Part shown: one piece after another, positions 24,366-38,800 of the stretch
Layout of the letters: every line of letters begins with the position of its first letter
Position numbering within the stretch: the stretch's first letter is position 1
DNA from: Daphnia carinata
Lineage: Eukaryota
Assembly (NCBI RefSeq): GCF_022539665.2
Contig: NC_081331.1
Span: 930,001-994,000 of the forward strand
Direction: 5' to 3'
Length of the DNA: 64,000 nucleotides
Notes under the pieces: generated by a model
What the model was told of the DNA's origin: nothing
Seen by the model: only the letters and a program-made list of their open reading frames with translations
Database searches by the model: none
Translations under genes and position numbers: made by a program

Positions 24366-27300
24366 TTTTGGAGGTTGCCTGTTGTCGTTGTTCGCCTTTC
24401 AACTTTTCTTCTCGTGAATGTTCAACTTCCTGATTTTTTTTTTAGGGCTCGAGTGATCGACGAGATGACAACACACCAACAACACACTGAATCGTCAGAT
24501 ACGCCAGGCCGATCAAAGGCGTCTATCTCAGGATTATCAAACGGGACCAAACACAGATGGCGACTATAGTTGACCACAAAAAATGAAATAAAAAAATAAA
24601 AACGGGGACAAAAGGAAGCACACAATTAAAACGCAGACTATTCTGTTTTCTTTGTTTCTAATTTTTTTTATTGCGGAATGGTAGTACGTGTTGTTAAGCA
24701 GCCGTGTGTGTGTGTGTCTGCGAGCAGTGAAGGAGAGCGACCAACTCCTCTGACGGTTCCCAGCTGACTGCAGGGAACACGCGAGACACTGTATTTCATA
24801 TCGCAAACACCCAACTCGGCAACTCCCGAACCGGCTTTTTTTTTTTTTTTTATCAAGACAAGATCTAATGTATACTTGTCGTCACCCAACCACCCTCTTT
24901 TTCTTTTGTTGAAGACCCGGGATTTATCTCCCCCCTCCCCCAAGTTCTTTTCGTTTCAATCACACTTTTCCACAAAACAAATGACAAACAGCAGATTTCA
25001 CTTTTACGATGAATTCATCACCAGGTAAAGCACCTGACCTACTCTAGTCAGCCGACTGTCAAATGTTCTCCACTTTGTCACCATTTCTTTTTTTATATTT
25101 TCGTCGTCACAGCTGACCCACCTCTTTTTTCTATTTTTCTTTGGTAATTCAATCGTACCAGAATCTGGTATGGTTTCATGACAAAACCACGTTCGGATTG
25201 GATCGAAACGCCGAGTTCAAAACACGAATCCAAACGAGGTAGAAAAACTCGTGATTATGTGACAACGAACCCAAGGCGTAAAAACGATAGAAGAAAACGT
25301 ATAACGATACGATTAAACCTCTGATAGCTTTTCACTCCATTTTTTTTGTTTTTCTTCCTGGAAGGCAAACTGGGAATGGCGCCGGAAAGCAGAACATACG
25401 CAAGCAAAAAAAAAAACGTGGCTTTTTCTTTGTTCTAGCATTCACGTCGAAATGAAACCTGGGGCATTTTTGCTTTTCTGATTTCAAGAGGAAGAGTTTG
25501 CATGGGCGCTTCCAAAGAAATTTCCAGAAATTCGACCTTGCCATCGTCTTTTAATAGTGTCTCTGTAATCAAAAGAAAACTTGAGAAAACTCGGAGAAAA
25601 AAAACAAGTTTGTTTTGTTTCCATCAATCATTCGGCACATTACGTTGCTGCTGTTATCGCACGTTCGTAATAAACACGATCGTCTTCAAATTTTGGCCAT
25701 GACTAAGAGGCGTATTAAATACCACGTGATTGTTTGTGAGTTGGGGTCAAATTTCAATTGATATACATTTGGCTTGGAGTTTGGAAACTTGTAACTATTC
25801 GGTCAATAACATGGCAAACAATGCGTTCGGGATTTTCCTGGTTTGGAAGCTCGTGTATTCTGAGGTGTAGCAAAAGATTGGAAAGAAGGCCAATTTTGAC
25901 AGAGCGTTACTACGTTTGATTTTAGTAGCCGTGGCTGGCCTTGAGCAGGGTGTAATTCAATAGACCATAATAGCTTTAATTACATCGCCTCAGGTAATAA
26001 TTCCTCGGTATTTCTATTGTACTACGCCAGTTGAAAACCTACACATCAGTTGCTTAACAAACCAAAAAAGAACCGAAAAGTAGAGGAAACTTATCTACTC
26101 TCTTGTTTTTGTTTACCAAGAGTGTCTCAGTGGTCTAACAACCTGTTTCACCACCTGTCGAATCACGACGAGAGTTACCATCACCCCATGTGCATGGGGT
26201 TATTGAATCTGAGGTAAACTGACAGAACTGACCCTGGAAGTGTAATGAATACGCAAGAATAGGCAGCCAAAAGAAAGATGACGGGCTTCTCAATTACGTC
26301 GTTGTCTTGTCGTTGAGTTCCATAGGTTCAAGGCCAGAACTGACGTCATGATTTAAAAAAAAAACGCGAGAGCTTGAAGATTTCATACCACAAAAGTACG
26401 TAGCTACACGTGTGAAGGCCACGCAAGTGGTGATTAATTACCTTCAGCCTGCTACTATGTCACTTAGATGAAAGCGAGACATGTAAAAGGACATCAGCGA
26501 CGCCAACCTTTTGGTTTCAGGTCGCAAATTATACAATCGCTGGGATACTTTCCATTTTCATGGAGGACGTCAAAAACAAAACATCAAAATAGTTTTGAAC
26601 AATTTTGTCGCGTGATGTCACGGGAGTAACAACAAGTCTCGTCAAACAAGAATGTTGCATCACAAAAGCATCAGCTGAGTATACTTTCAAGAAAAATCAA
26701 ACATAAAAATGCCTCCTCTATCTCAAATCATGCTTGTGTTTGACAACAGAAATGTTGTCCTTCTGGAAAAAATCTGTTTTCACCATTCAACTTGGGTAGG
26801 TTTCCGGGACAATCAACATACTGCGTCACTTGAATCAACAGTTTACTTATAAGGAACTTTCTTCCTGCATTGCCAGCCTTCAATATGCATTTTGAATGTC
26901 TTTTCCAACGAAAAGCACCGATTTCGAACGGTTGGTCTCTCATTCCTTTTGTCCAACCATGTGATTTATTTTTAGGAGACCCCATTTCGGTTCTGACCTA
27001 TTTTCGTTGGAATTTAACGGAACGTAGACTTTACTAGATTTTATATTGTCTAGTTGCCATTTTGGACGACTGTGCTTTGATAACATGTGACTACGATTTA
27101 GATTACGCAACGATGCATCGAAAAGCGAGGGGTACGGCAATTTAACATTTGGGAAAACAGCATCGACTTTTATCCAAGTTGGACCCGATCGAGTAGAAGA
27201 CGAGGACATTGAATTTTTTCAAATCTGAACCCTCAGTTTCGAGATAAGCTACCGACACAAGCTCTGACCTTTAGCATTCAAGTACCACAGCGTTCCCAAT

Positions 27301-28097
27301 GTCCCCTCGAATATGCATATGGCTGATTCAGGATAATAAGCAGCTAACTTATCATGTAGACGCTTACACGGGTCAACCAGTTGCCAACCCCCACTGTGGC
27401 AACTCAAAGAAAGTTTGTTTTGAAAAGCTGCTTTAACCAATTTTCTTCGCTTTGACCTGTTCCAGACTGAAAAATTAATTTGTCCCAAGAAAAGAATAAA
27501 GAAGGAATAATACTATAGTCTAGCTGATTGCCCCATGTTGGCTATTATCCATAAACATCTGGATAAAGGAGACTGGCATAAAATATTAGTAATTATAAAT
27601 AAGGCTCTAATGAAGATGTAACAATTTAATATCATAGGAATAGGAGTAAATCCAATCAGCGATAACATCTGACATGCTGACGTTGGTGTAGATACTATTT
27701 GTGGAGATAGCCACTTCTGACAAACCAAAGCGCACAGATAAGGCAAACGCGCAAGACGTTCAGTAAATAATATATTCCGTGCAGATGAACGGCTGATGTT
27801 GATATACCATTATCCATGATACAAAAAAATGGAAATCAAAGAAAGTCCTGTATGTAGTTGCAACTAGCGTAGATGTTTTTAAAGGCTTCGCGGAAAATTG
27901 CAAAACTGTGGTGTGATATCCGTTGACGTTAAAGATTTTTTTCCGCTTACTTAAAAAGATTATGAAAATGTTAAGGGGAAAAAAGATACATAGAATTTAC
28001 AGCTTTTTCAACGAAGATCCCCGGGAGAATAGACGTGGTGTGCTTGTAATTAAAAAAAAAAACAGATTGATCCCATCGTTCATCCGCATCTTTTCCA

Positions 28098-29698
28098 TCA
28101 CTGAAAATCGATTAAAAGATGCATCAGTTAAGAATCACTGAATTTATAACAATAGGATACCAGAAGATTACCTTCTTAGCTGATTTCTGGGGTGATTTCT
28201 GGAGTGACTTTTGGGGTGATTTTGGTGCAGCCTTTGTTGCTTCCTTCTTGGGCTCAACAACAGGTGGAATGGCCTCCTCCCAGTCATCTTCATTGCTACT
28301 CTCTGCTTAAAGAGTAATTAGAATAATTAACGATCTACGGATTGTATTTAGTTAAAATTACTTACCTTTTCCTGGCGATGTACTTCCACTTTCACCTGAT
28401 CTTGAAACCAGTACCATGTCTCCTTTCTCCTTGCATTTCAGTTCACCCTTGTCCTCACTTGCAAGCCGACCCTGACATTCCTTCTCATACTCGGCTAACA
28501 ACTTACTTTGAACCTCTTCAGGAATTTCTTCGGGAGATGTCAAGATTTCATCTGGCAGAATTAAATATATCGACTTTTAATTGTGAGTTACGGGAATGGT
28601 GTCTTGGGGGTTGTACCGTCATCCCAATTCAAATCATTGCCCTTGATGTCGGCTTGGGCACGCACTTGAGCCTCTTTTCTTATGATTTGTCTCTTGGTTT
28701 CTTCCTCCCTCACAACGTGAATGCGGAACAAGTACCGAGCCCAAAACATGGCCTCAGACACCTATGTCAAACAATTAAATGTTTTCGATGGAAACACTAC
28801 TTTTGGCTATAGCTTTACCTTAGAAGGGACGAGTGTTTCGAAGTTGTGACGTAGTTTTTCATTATTAGCCATTAAAGCGGCAATGTCTGCTTGTTGCGAT
28901 TCGAGGTTCAAAGACTCTTGCCAAGCCTCAAACTCAGTGGCATCAGGATCTACCAAAAATGTTGCAGGGTCACTACCCAATGTATAAATGATGGCTGTTA
29001 GACGGTCTAGAAAAATAGGCTCATCATCATCTTCTGGAGGAATATAGAACACATCAGAAACTTGGTTGAGGAAAGAAGTGACACTGCGTTTTACAGTTGC
29101 AGCAGTTCCACTTGAATCATCAATCTGAAAAAAAAATATTTTACAGGTAACGTGTGTAGGATAGTAAAGGACAACAATACCTTAAGTTTCTCTTTCAAAG
29201 CTGTAGCTGTGGTGCTGACTTCTTCTGAAACTGTCTGGGTAAATTCGTCAAAATCTTTACGAACATAGTCATACACCTCAGCAGACTGAAAATAATATAT
29301 CTTAGCCATTGCATAACAAGAACTATATTAAATAATACCTTATCCTTTGCAGTCTGAGCCAATTCATTTACATCTTTTCTCACTGTGTCAAATACTTCAG
29401 CTGACTACATTATAAAAATTAAGTTCACCAAGAGAAATAAGTATTATACGCGATTAAGTGTAAAAAAATGAGACGTGAAAAAAAATATCAGATAACCTTA
29501 TTTTTTGCAGCCTGCAGCCAACTGGATCCCCACCATGAATCACTTTGAGGGGTAGCTTCAACAGGTTCTTCTCTAAAATCACGCAAAATAATAAAAATTC
29601 AATAGAAAAATATATCCTCAATGAAGGAACTACGCGTCAAATACTACAGTAACACAGTTTAAGGTTGTTTACTTGGGTATATCTGGTGCTTCAGCCAT
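28098..29698 (-). CDS. BSDC1: BSD domain-containing protein 1 (BSDC1-like); 3' end uncertain
   Basis: Exons MAEAPDIP, DSWWGSSWLQAAKNK, SAEVYDYVRKDFDEFTQTV, DRLTAIIYTLGSDPATFLVDP, LRHNFETLVPSK, and a FWARYLFR-type BSD core near 28715-28750 followed by an acidic DW motif. These match recalled BSDC1 architecture. The last splice and stop are ambiguous (28098-28171). Confidence 0.8.
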
Positions 29699-32600
29699 TT
29701 CGTTTGCCACGTTAATACTTCACTGTCTATGTTTTTTTCCAATACGAAACAGGAAAAAAGAAAAACTTGCCGCCAACGCCACCTGTCGTGCCAATTTATC
29801 TTTAACAAAAAATTCGTTTGAATTTAAATCAAACCGTGTTTCAAGCAGTGGAAAAAGAAAAAAAAACAGCAAGAAAGCTAGTAAACTAAGGAGCTTTGCA
29901 ACCCTTCAACTTGATAATTGGTTCAAGTTTAAGTGGCAAAATGCTGAAATTTTTCTGAACAAAGTTTCTCGAAAGTTTGTACGCTAAAAAATAAAATGCT
30001 TCGCATTTGCGAGTGACAATCGTAATATTCATGGAGAATAAAAGTGATTTTGAGAAAAAAAGTTTTTCAGAATTTGAAGTTTATTTCCGTACAATATCAC
30101 AATTTTTGTAGCTTGCTTGACCCAACTTTAAGAATTTAATGGCGAACTTTGACGTAAAGTTTTTGGTTCAAACATTCGATTCTGTCCACATTCATCGTGA
30201 GAATCGTTAGATCACACACAATGTGGTATGTATGTACTTTTCCCCATGTTTAGTATCATGTATTTAGCATATTCTGGTACACATGATGAGTACAACAGAC
30301 GACGGCCGCTAACCTTTGGTATCCATCAAATGTTCATAAAGAACTAAAACATTCAAGTTGCCGTGCCTGAATGTAATGTCGCAGTTGTTATATAACGTTC
30401 TACACGTTCACATTAATAATCTAAGTATACGTTACGTCTCTCAAGTTAAATATATTTAAAAATTATAAACAAGAATAGTCTTATTTCAACAGGATCGCAA
30501 AAACACGGAAACAAAGAACTGTTAAATTATGGATAGGCGAACCATCAAATCAAATAACGTCACGCGCATCGTTCACCTACCCAAATGTTTTGTACCAACA
30601 TTCTTTAGTGAAAATACCATTTTCATTTGAAAAGAATATTTAGTTCTATTTCTACAAAAATTACATCCAATCCAATTTTGCAGGCAAGAACACTTTGGCG
30701 TTCGTATGAAAAGTGCGGACATCAACACAAAATGTTAAATTTTTAAAAAAGAAATTGCGCACCGATTGCATTGCGCAAGACTAGCGGGCCGTTTGCTAAA
30801 AAGCGGAGAAGACGGACAACGAGGTGCCAGTTCGACGCTAGCCGAGCGTTGAGACACACTTCATTGGTGGTATAGCTGACTTTTGAATCTAGTGCCAAGC
30901 CATGACAGATACAAACATTGTTACTCCAAATTCCAGTTCACTTTATTCCGCACGACTTCCATGAACTTCTGAACAGACGGCTAAAATTCGAACAGCGCAG
31001 AAAGTTTCTTGAAATCGCCTACGCCTTTTCTTTTTGCTGCAAGAACACTTGAATTATATCACAAGTAAATAAGAGTGAGTATGTTATTTTTGGGTTTACC
31101 GGTTTTACTTGTTTACGCATTGCATGTCCTATCAGTTACTTACTGCAAGCAACTGTTTGCCAATTTAAATGTTGCTGATCAAAGAAAGATGGTATACGTC
31201 AAGTGTGTGATGCTGTTGCTTGTGCCACCAAGAGGACTGGATGATTTCCAAGACCAATAATTTATATTGACAATACAGTGGAAAACTCGAAATGGAGTAT
31301 CTCTTTTTGCATCGGTGCAAAAAAGAAGTCGATCGAATAGCACTTTTTCGTTAATCGATAAGAACTGGTTACATGACTGTCGGCTATAAAAAATTGCTGC
31401 AAGAAAAAAATGTGGAAGACCACAACTTTCCAATTGGCTTGCGGCTACCGGGTCACCCTAGATGAGGGCCCAACTACCATCGATGCACAGAGTAGAAAGC
31501 AATCCACATCAATAACAATATTATCTAAGTGATCAAATTGTCATCATAAAATATCTTGTAAATGTCTGATGGCGTTCATCATTCATCGGGAGACATCACC
31601 TCTTACTTTCCTATTGTTGGCCAATCGAGCGACTGAACACATTCTTGAGATGGAATGCGAAAAAACATGCGGGAAAACTTGAAACTGTGTTCATCTCCTT
31701 AAAAAGATGTAAAATGGGCAGTTTGGCTCTTTTGGCAATTTTCGTTAATGAGAACGAAAAAAACTACACGGGGCGTTGTTGTGTCTGTCTTATACGACTT
31801 TGTGGGGTGAGTCAAACAGACAAGATGACCATCTTGTCTGTTAAAGAAACCTATTCGACACCAAACAGTACGGATCCTAGCCGATACGAAGATGCTAAGC
31901 CGAGCCAATATCATGAACTACAAGGTTTCTCCCGTCGAACGATTGACTGCATCTGTTTGCTTTGGTGCATCAGTAAGCGATTCAAATCAAATGATCTCGT
32001 CGGCGTGTAAATTTACTGTACATTTCTTCATTGTACCTTTTTTTATTGCTCTTTTTTCGTGATCCACGCGTAATCGGGACAACGCCTTTGGCTTATTTTT
32101 TTTTTTACTGGCCACGAAAAGATTCACATGAAAGTACTCAGCTGTGCCATCGTGATCTCAAGAGAAACGATGTCAGCGCCCTGTTGATTCCATTACACGT
32201 TCCCCGAATTCAATCAACGCACTTTCCGTCACATTCGATTTGCCTACACAATAAACAATCGGTACGTCAGAGGCTAATATCACAACTTTCTTTTTAGTAT
32301 ATCATCCGTCTTACGTCTGAAAAATGTGTGGTAGGTCACAATGGATATCCATTGTAGCCAAACGTACGTGTCAACAAATTCAGTTAGATAGTGAGAATAA
32401 CAATTAGACGAAGAGAAGGTCGTGAATTACCTTATAAATTGAAGGGAAAGAATGGAATTATTAAGTTCAATTGTAGTACGACGTAGACTACATTTCGCTG
32501 GAACATTGGTCGGACCTCACATGAGAAATACGTGGTACTATACAAGTTAGGAGGACACACAAAGTTTATATTTAGTTCGCTTTTGTTTTCTTCCAAAACC

Positions 32601-35600
32601 TGTTCAGAATGGTTACAGAATGAAATGAAAACTTGTTTCTCATCCTGTTTGCGTGAAACATTGGCAGAAATTGAACGTGAATTTCAAACTTGCGGCGCAA
32701 TTTAGTAAACCCTTAAATCAAAATATGTTTTGTTTCTTTATCAGTCCTTTGTGTGTCGTTATCAGAAAGAACCATAGTAACCATGCAAAAACAGTTTGAG
32801 TACGTGCCAACTGCAGTCTACTCTGCATCTTTCGATAAAAACGAACGCGCAAGATGCAATGCAACCAGCTGTTCCCCCAAAATAAAACGCCCATAATTAC
32901 CTATTTTCCTTTTCTTCATTTATTAAAATGGGAAAAGGATTTTACTTGAATAATTGGTGTATATAGGTGAATCGTTTCCTACAATAACTTAGTCTTGTTG
33001 CTGACGTGCGCTCGAGTCTCACCGTCTTGAATGGCGACCTTGCCTTAAATGGGAGGTATTCACGTCAGCTGCGTGAATACAAAAAGTGATGAGAAAATGA
33101 CATACTTTTATCAATTTCGTAACTCGGTTACTGATGGTATCAATTTTCCAAATAACAAGTTGATTGATAACCACAAATTTCAACTAGTTGGCTCGTTCGG
33201 CGAACGGTTTTGCGGTCCTTTCCAACATTCCACGAAATAAAAAATAAACGCATAGAAAAAAAAATTTCCCTCAAACAGGAATGGGTAAACCGAAAAAAAA
33301 AGCTATTTAACCACTTGACTAAGTTAGCGCGCGACGTCTGCTGACATAAGCTGTGCGTCATCGTCCATCTATGTGATGACGTTGAATAACAACATAGGAA
33401 AAATGCACTACTTTTTCTCAGCTCGTAGAGAATGCTCTTCCATATTTTCTAGAACATCTTCAAAACAGTAAAATGGCTATTAATTCTTTTTTTCTCAAAG
33501 TCATTTTTGATATTTATGCACAGTCGCTAAGCGGAACGAATGGGCCAGTTTATTGTGAGATATGGACTTTGCAATGCCGAAACGGCGGGACCTTAACGGT
33601 GTGTGAGGTTGCTCAGCAACAGTACCATCAATGTGCTATATAATCGCGCAAAAGCCTTCAGTCGTCACTGTTTGCTTCACTGCATTTTTGTATATTTTTT
33701 TAAACCGTATGTTTATGTTTTGGATTTTTTCCCCATTCCGGACGTGGATGGATTCCACTGGGCGTGGCTAGATGGAACGAGGCCTTCTCATCTTAGTCGT
33801 TTCCACATTTCCCCTCGGCTTCCTTGGAGGCAATATACCGATCTGGCAAAGCACACCAGAGTTAACGGATCATGAAGTTGGCGGAAGTCACACTAGCTTT
33901 CGATCGTCGTGCAACGATTCCCACCCAGTTTCGCTTTGATACACTACGATCGCAAGCTCTTCTCGTAGCCTTTATAGGTCCAAATACTGGACGGATCGTT
34001 ATGGCTCGTGGTGTTATTCTCTTTGTACGTCCACATTTGATTCTTCGTACAGAAGAGAATAGCTGTGTCATATTACACGTTTGTAGTCTAGACGTTACCG
34101 AATGAAGTACGTTCATTTAGGTCGTGAAAGTAATGAGAACTTCTGTCAATGATGCACGTAGCTAATACCACACAGACTTTATCAGACGGCTTAATTATGC
34201 AAACAGGACGAGTAATACATTACAAGTAAAAATGCCCAAGGTTACAATTTTTCTTTTAAATAGTAACATCACAGTTGTACGTATGTAATTCTGACGTAGA
34301 CATGGTAAATTTTTGTAGTGATCCGAGAACGACGAAAATAATGAGCTCATAATTAGCATCAGACGGCCACATTTTTCCAAAAAAATTCCAATAAAAGGGG
34401 AACGGATCAATCGATGATTGTAAGAATGCCAGACAGTTGGGAACGAGATAAGCCAATGGCAAAGTGTAGCATAAATGCGAAACACCTGTTCGCGAAAAGG
34501 GCCAAAAAAAAAATGCTGGGAAAAAAGAATGTCGACGACAGCTTGTTAACAAATTATTGACATTTACAGACATAATGCAGGCAAATGTAAAAAGTTTCAC
34601 GAGGCTTTAAAAAAACTGTCGTTTCGGTAAAAGATACAGACTTTACGAAATAAAATATTTTCGCAATATGGACACCTGGTGCTGCAGCATTAAGGCGACG
34701 TTCGCAAAGCATTTTCCATAGATACGTTTTTTTTTTTGCAGTTTGTGGTTTCGTTTTACAGTAGTGTGGTTCTGCCGCATAAAGAAGGATACCAACATCT
34801 ATCATAAAGAGTGAGGCAAGTTCATTCGAGTACAAATTATGTAACACATCGAGCACCTGACGAATAAAAGCGCTCGTGCCGCTGACATCGTTTGTGGCCC
34901 AATGATCACGAAGCCGAGCGTGCATTGAACTGCACCAGATGCTGAGGGACACACACCGGTGCATATTGAAGGGGTCAAGATGAATGCTAACGTTGTATGA
35001 CGTCACCTTTAGCCAATAATCCGAGAACAATGAAAATAATAAACAACCCACCACTGTTCAAATATCCGCCATAGCGAAATGCATTAGATTCCAAGAAACG
35101 AACGCATCAGTTGCTTAGATCGATATGGTGCGGTATCCGGTAGGAAAGAGAAAGGCGGATCCCCATGTGTCCGGAACTTTTTTCGCTCTCGCAACGTGAG
35201 TTTCCTATATACTCACGTATTTATTTACGGGCGGGAGAGAAGCAGCAGTGCTATGCCAAATAAACACTTAGTTCTTCGAAGATTTTGTTGTATCAAGCAA
35301 AACCTTTTAAATATCAGTGGGCACTAATGTATTGCCAAATCAGATCTAAGTGTACATAAGGCCAATTCAATACAACGTCGTATCACACTCACCGTGAATG
35401 TGTTTTATACGATTTTAATGATTAAAATTGAGTCAAGTGAATCGCAAACATAAAGCCATCGGACTAAAAGCGAAGAAACAAACTATAAATATTATGTTGG
35501 ACTATCACATCCAATAAAATACGAGAATTACGTGAAATTTCAGCATCTCGTTTCTCCGTTATCAGCCGAAGCAGAAACTGAACCGAGCGCAGTAATGTTT

Positions 35601-35811
35601 TGATTCACGCTCGTCTTTTTTTTAAGTGCCTGTACAAGAAGAATAGTCAGCGGATATTCTTGTGAAGGAATTCATTTTTTTTTTAAATGCATTATTTGTT
35701 CGAGATGTTTATCGGCTCGTGATTCATTGACACATCGTTATTTTTATTACGAAATAGAAGGTTTCGCAACTACCGACTGTTTTCGCGTCCAGTTGGTACC
35801 CAGGCAACACT

Positions 35812-38800
35812 ATGCTGCCCGAAATACTTCATATGGTGATGATTGTGGCCACCGTGACCTCGACAATGTCGATCCAAGTAGTAGGATCGGTTTGGACCCC
35901 ATCGACCGGCAAATGCCTCACTGACGAACAACTAGGTAAGCTCCACCTAGAAACAATATGGACACAAATATAATTGGTGTCTAGCCAACTTTTGTACACG
36001 GTCGATTTAACTTTGTTTCTCATATTTGCGTTCACTTTGTTTCCTGCAGTCCCGTAACTGATTGAATCAAAAGTTGTCTATTTCTTAACCCAATAAAATA
36101 CAAAACTATCTTTTTTAACCCAGTATTTAAAGTTAAGCCATATTTCATCAGAGCTTGCAAAAAATATAAATTATTCTCTTGAGCTGGGCAAACGTTGGAA
36201 AGGATATATTAGCCCAATTGATTTATTGCGGATGGCCTCTGCCAAAAAATTGCGCGTCCTCCGCTGGCAAAACAAAACAATAATAAAGCACGAGGGAAAA
36301 AAAAAGGGAAGAGGATCGCGTAAATGTCAGCCATCGTTAAAAAGAAAGATTTATGATTGATATACTTGTTCTTAATGACCTCTCTGTGTTATACATGAAA
36401 ACATGTAGCGGCGGTAGGGCTCAACACGGTGCAAAAACCAGCGCGTTCATTTTTGCACGACAATAAAGCAGTGGAACTGAGACTGGAAGCATCAGATAGA
36501 GTCACTCACCAACTATCGACTGCCGTATTTGCCATATTCATCCGGGAAGTGCTCGGCTACCGCAGCGTCACCATAACCAAGCGGCGAGACGCTTTCAATG
36601 TGTCGGCTGTGCTGACACGTATGACAGGATGCTCCAATCCTATAAAGTTTGTTCCATCTTTAATTAATTCAATTTTACATTGTTTTTGCATGATAAGCAG
36701 AACGTACAGTTATTTTTACTTTTGCGAACGGAGTCGAAACATTGACGAATTCTCATACATTGAAAGGGAAGTTTTTACATCACATTCGATAAAAAGGCCG
36801 AAGCCATAACACACCAGTAGCTAACGATTTCCTTAATTGACATTTACATTAATGGATGCTCTTTCAACGTGCTTCGTCAACTACTAAACCATTCCGTGCT
36901 AGCTAATAAAGAAGAAGATAAAAATTCCATGGCGTGCATCCACCAAAAAGCTACGAGATCGTAATAGATAAAGAACAGTTAAACATAAACAACTGTGAAC
37001 GATACCCTACACCCACGCCTGTATATAAAAACTAGGTTTTCTCAGCAAGGGAAAAAAAAAGAACATCGTTGTTAAGCTCAAGCTTAATGGCAATAAGAAG
37101 AACTAGATAAATGAGCATTCACCTTGACATTTCTCAGTCAGGCAACCACCATTGAAAAGCTGGTTAGTACCGATCCCAAAAGTATAGGTTTATGTTTTCG
37201 GTTATAGATAGGATGGGTTCTATGGTAACCATCGGCGGAGAGACGCTTGATAATCAGGAAATAGGCCCAACCAATCAAATGCTTTTTCCTTGTTCACATC
37301 TTTCATAGCAGTAAATAAATGTAATGCAACAAGAAGTCAACGGGTGGGATAGCGTCCTAATCGTATTAAAAGGTTTCTACGTATGAATCATTAACGTGTC
37401 CTTTTACAAAAAAAAAAGGGGGTCCATTCAATGGATCATTGCGACGAGCTCTTCTACAAGTCACACGTGTCTCTAATGGTAGCGACTCACTCATGTATGG
37501 CGCATCTAATGGGAAAATGCGATGGCACATGCTTTACACTGATCGAAGACGCTGATGGAAGCGAGAATGTTGAAACTGATTGATTGACGATCGGTTAGGA
37601 GTTCAGATGTCAATTAGGTTGCCACAGCTCGGCGTCGTTGAAGCGTAACATTGCGGAATGGGATACCACATCCAGCTGATGCTCTTATTCCACCAGTTTT
37701 GTGTTTAAAAGGGGGGGGGGGCTTTTAAGCACATTAAAGTGGAAAAAGAACGAAAACATAAGGTCGTAGTTGCTAAGGAAGTCGATTTAGCTAAACCCTA
37801 ACGTTTTATTATCCTTTCGGAATGGAAAAAATTAAAACATATAATAATGATTCGGTGTAGTTGTGATTCGGCCGAGTTGCAGTCGGAATCCTTCGTGCCG
37901 GAAACCATGATCAACTTGGAAGTTTGGGTCCCACTCGGATACAACATGGAGCAATGGTCGGCTTCCGGTAACTTGGAAGAGTGCGGCTTATTGGGACCTG
38001 GTGGAAGGTAAGCTAATAATTTACTACTTCCCTAGTTGTAGCCAAGATACACGCGTCTATTACAACGATAAGCTGGGTCATTAAAGGGTAGGGTTCGTTG
38101 TTTTCAACCTCTTCTTTCAATGTTTAAAAATTTTTTAAATTAAGAACACGCAATCAATTTGTCAGAGCAGGGTAACAGAAATAGACTGGACCGGCTGCGT
38201 GCGCTGTTACCTAAACTATCGAGAAAAAAAGATGATTCGGTCCCTTATTCGAAAAAAAAAAATTCCAATGTTTGACGTCATGCGATCAACTCTTCTCCGA
38301 CATGTTTACCAATGCAATGTTGGAACACTTTTGATATGTTTGTTTAGGTTCGGATGGTTCATGCCCGAGTGGACGAGCCATCGTATTCCGATTGCCGATC
38401 ACTGGCGAAGTCTTCAAGACCCGAAGATCGCATCGCATTTTGACGTCGACATCCAAGAGATGAGTCAATTGGCCGAATTCACAAAGGATCCCTCCACCGG
38501 AAGGTTCTTTCATTATTATTTTTTTAATTAAAAAGAAAAAGAGATTTCCAAAAATAATACTTGAACTATGATCGAATTGGAAGGTACTATTGCGATGCCA
38601 ATTATTGCGACAATGGCGTTTTCTATCCTGATTATTGCCGCCCAGACATTTATGGAAATATTCCACCGTGTGCCGTCCTTTTAGCTGAATATCCAGGTAC
38701 GAATCTGAACCACGTTAATGGCACAAAATTAGTAGCGTAAATCCTTTGAATAGATTACATGGGTTTTTTGATCAAACAAATTCCCTCACTTAAACTACTG

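Noticed and set aside
18742..26198. Short inverted repeats (AGGTGAACC...GGTTCACCT near 18742; ACCCCATG-TG-CATGGGGT near 26183)
   Set aside because: Stems of 8-9 bp are expected by chance in 64 kb, and no target-site duplication or other supporting structure was found.
26940..27488. Two same-frame minus-strand ORFs (79 and 89 aa) suggesting a pseudogene
   Set aside because: They are separated by two stops and contain no recognisable domain. A translated search would be needed to say more.
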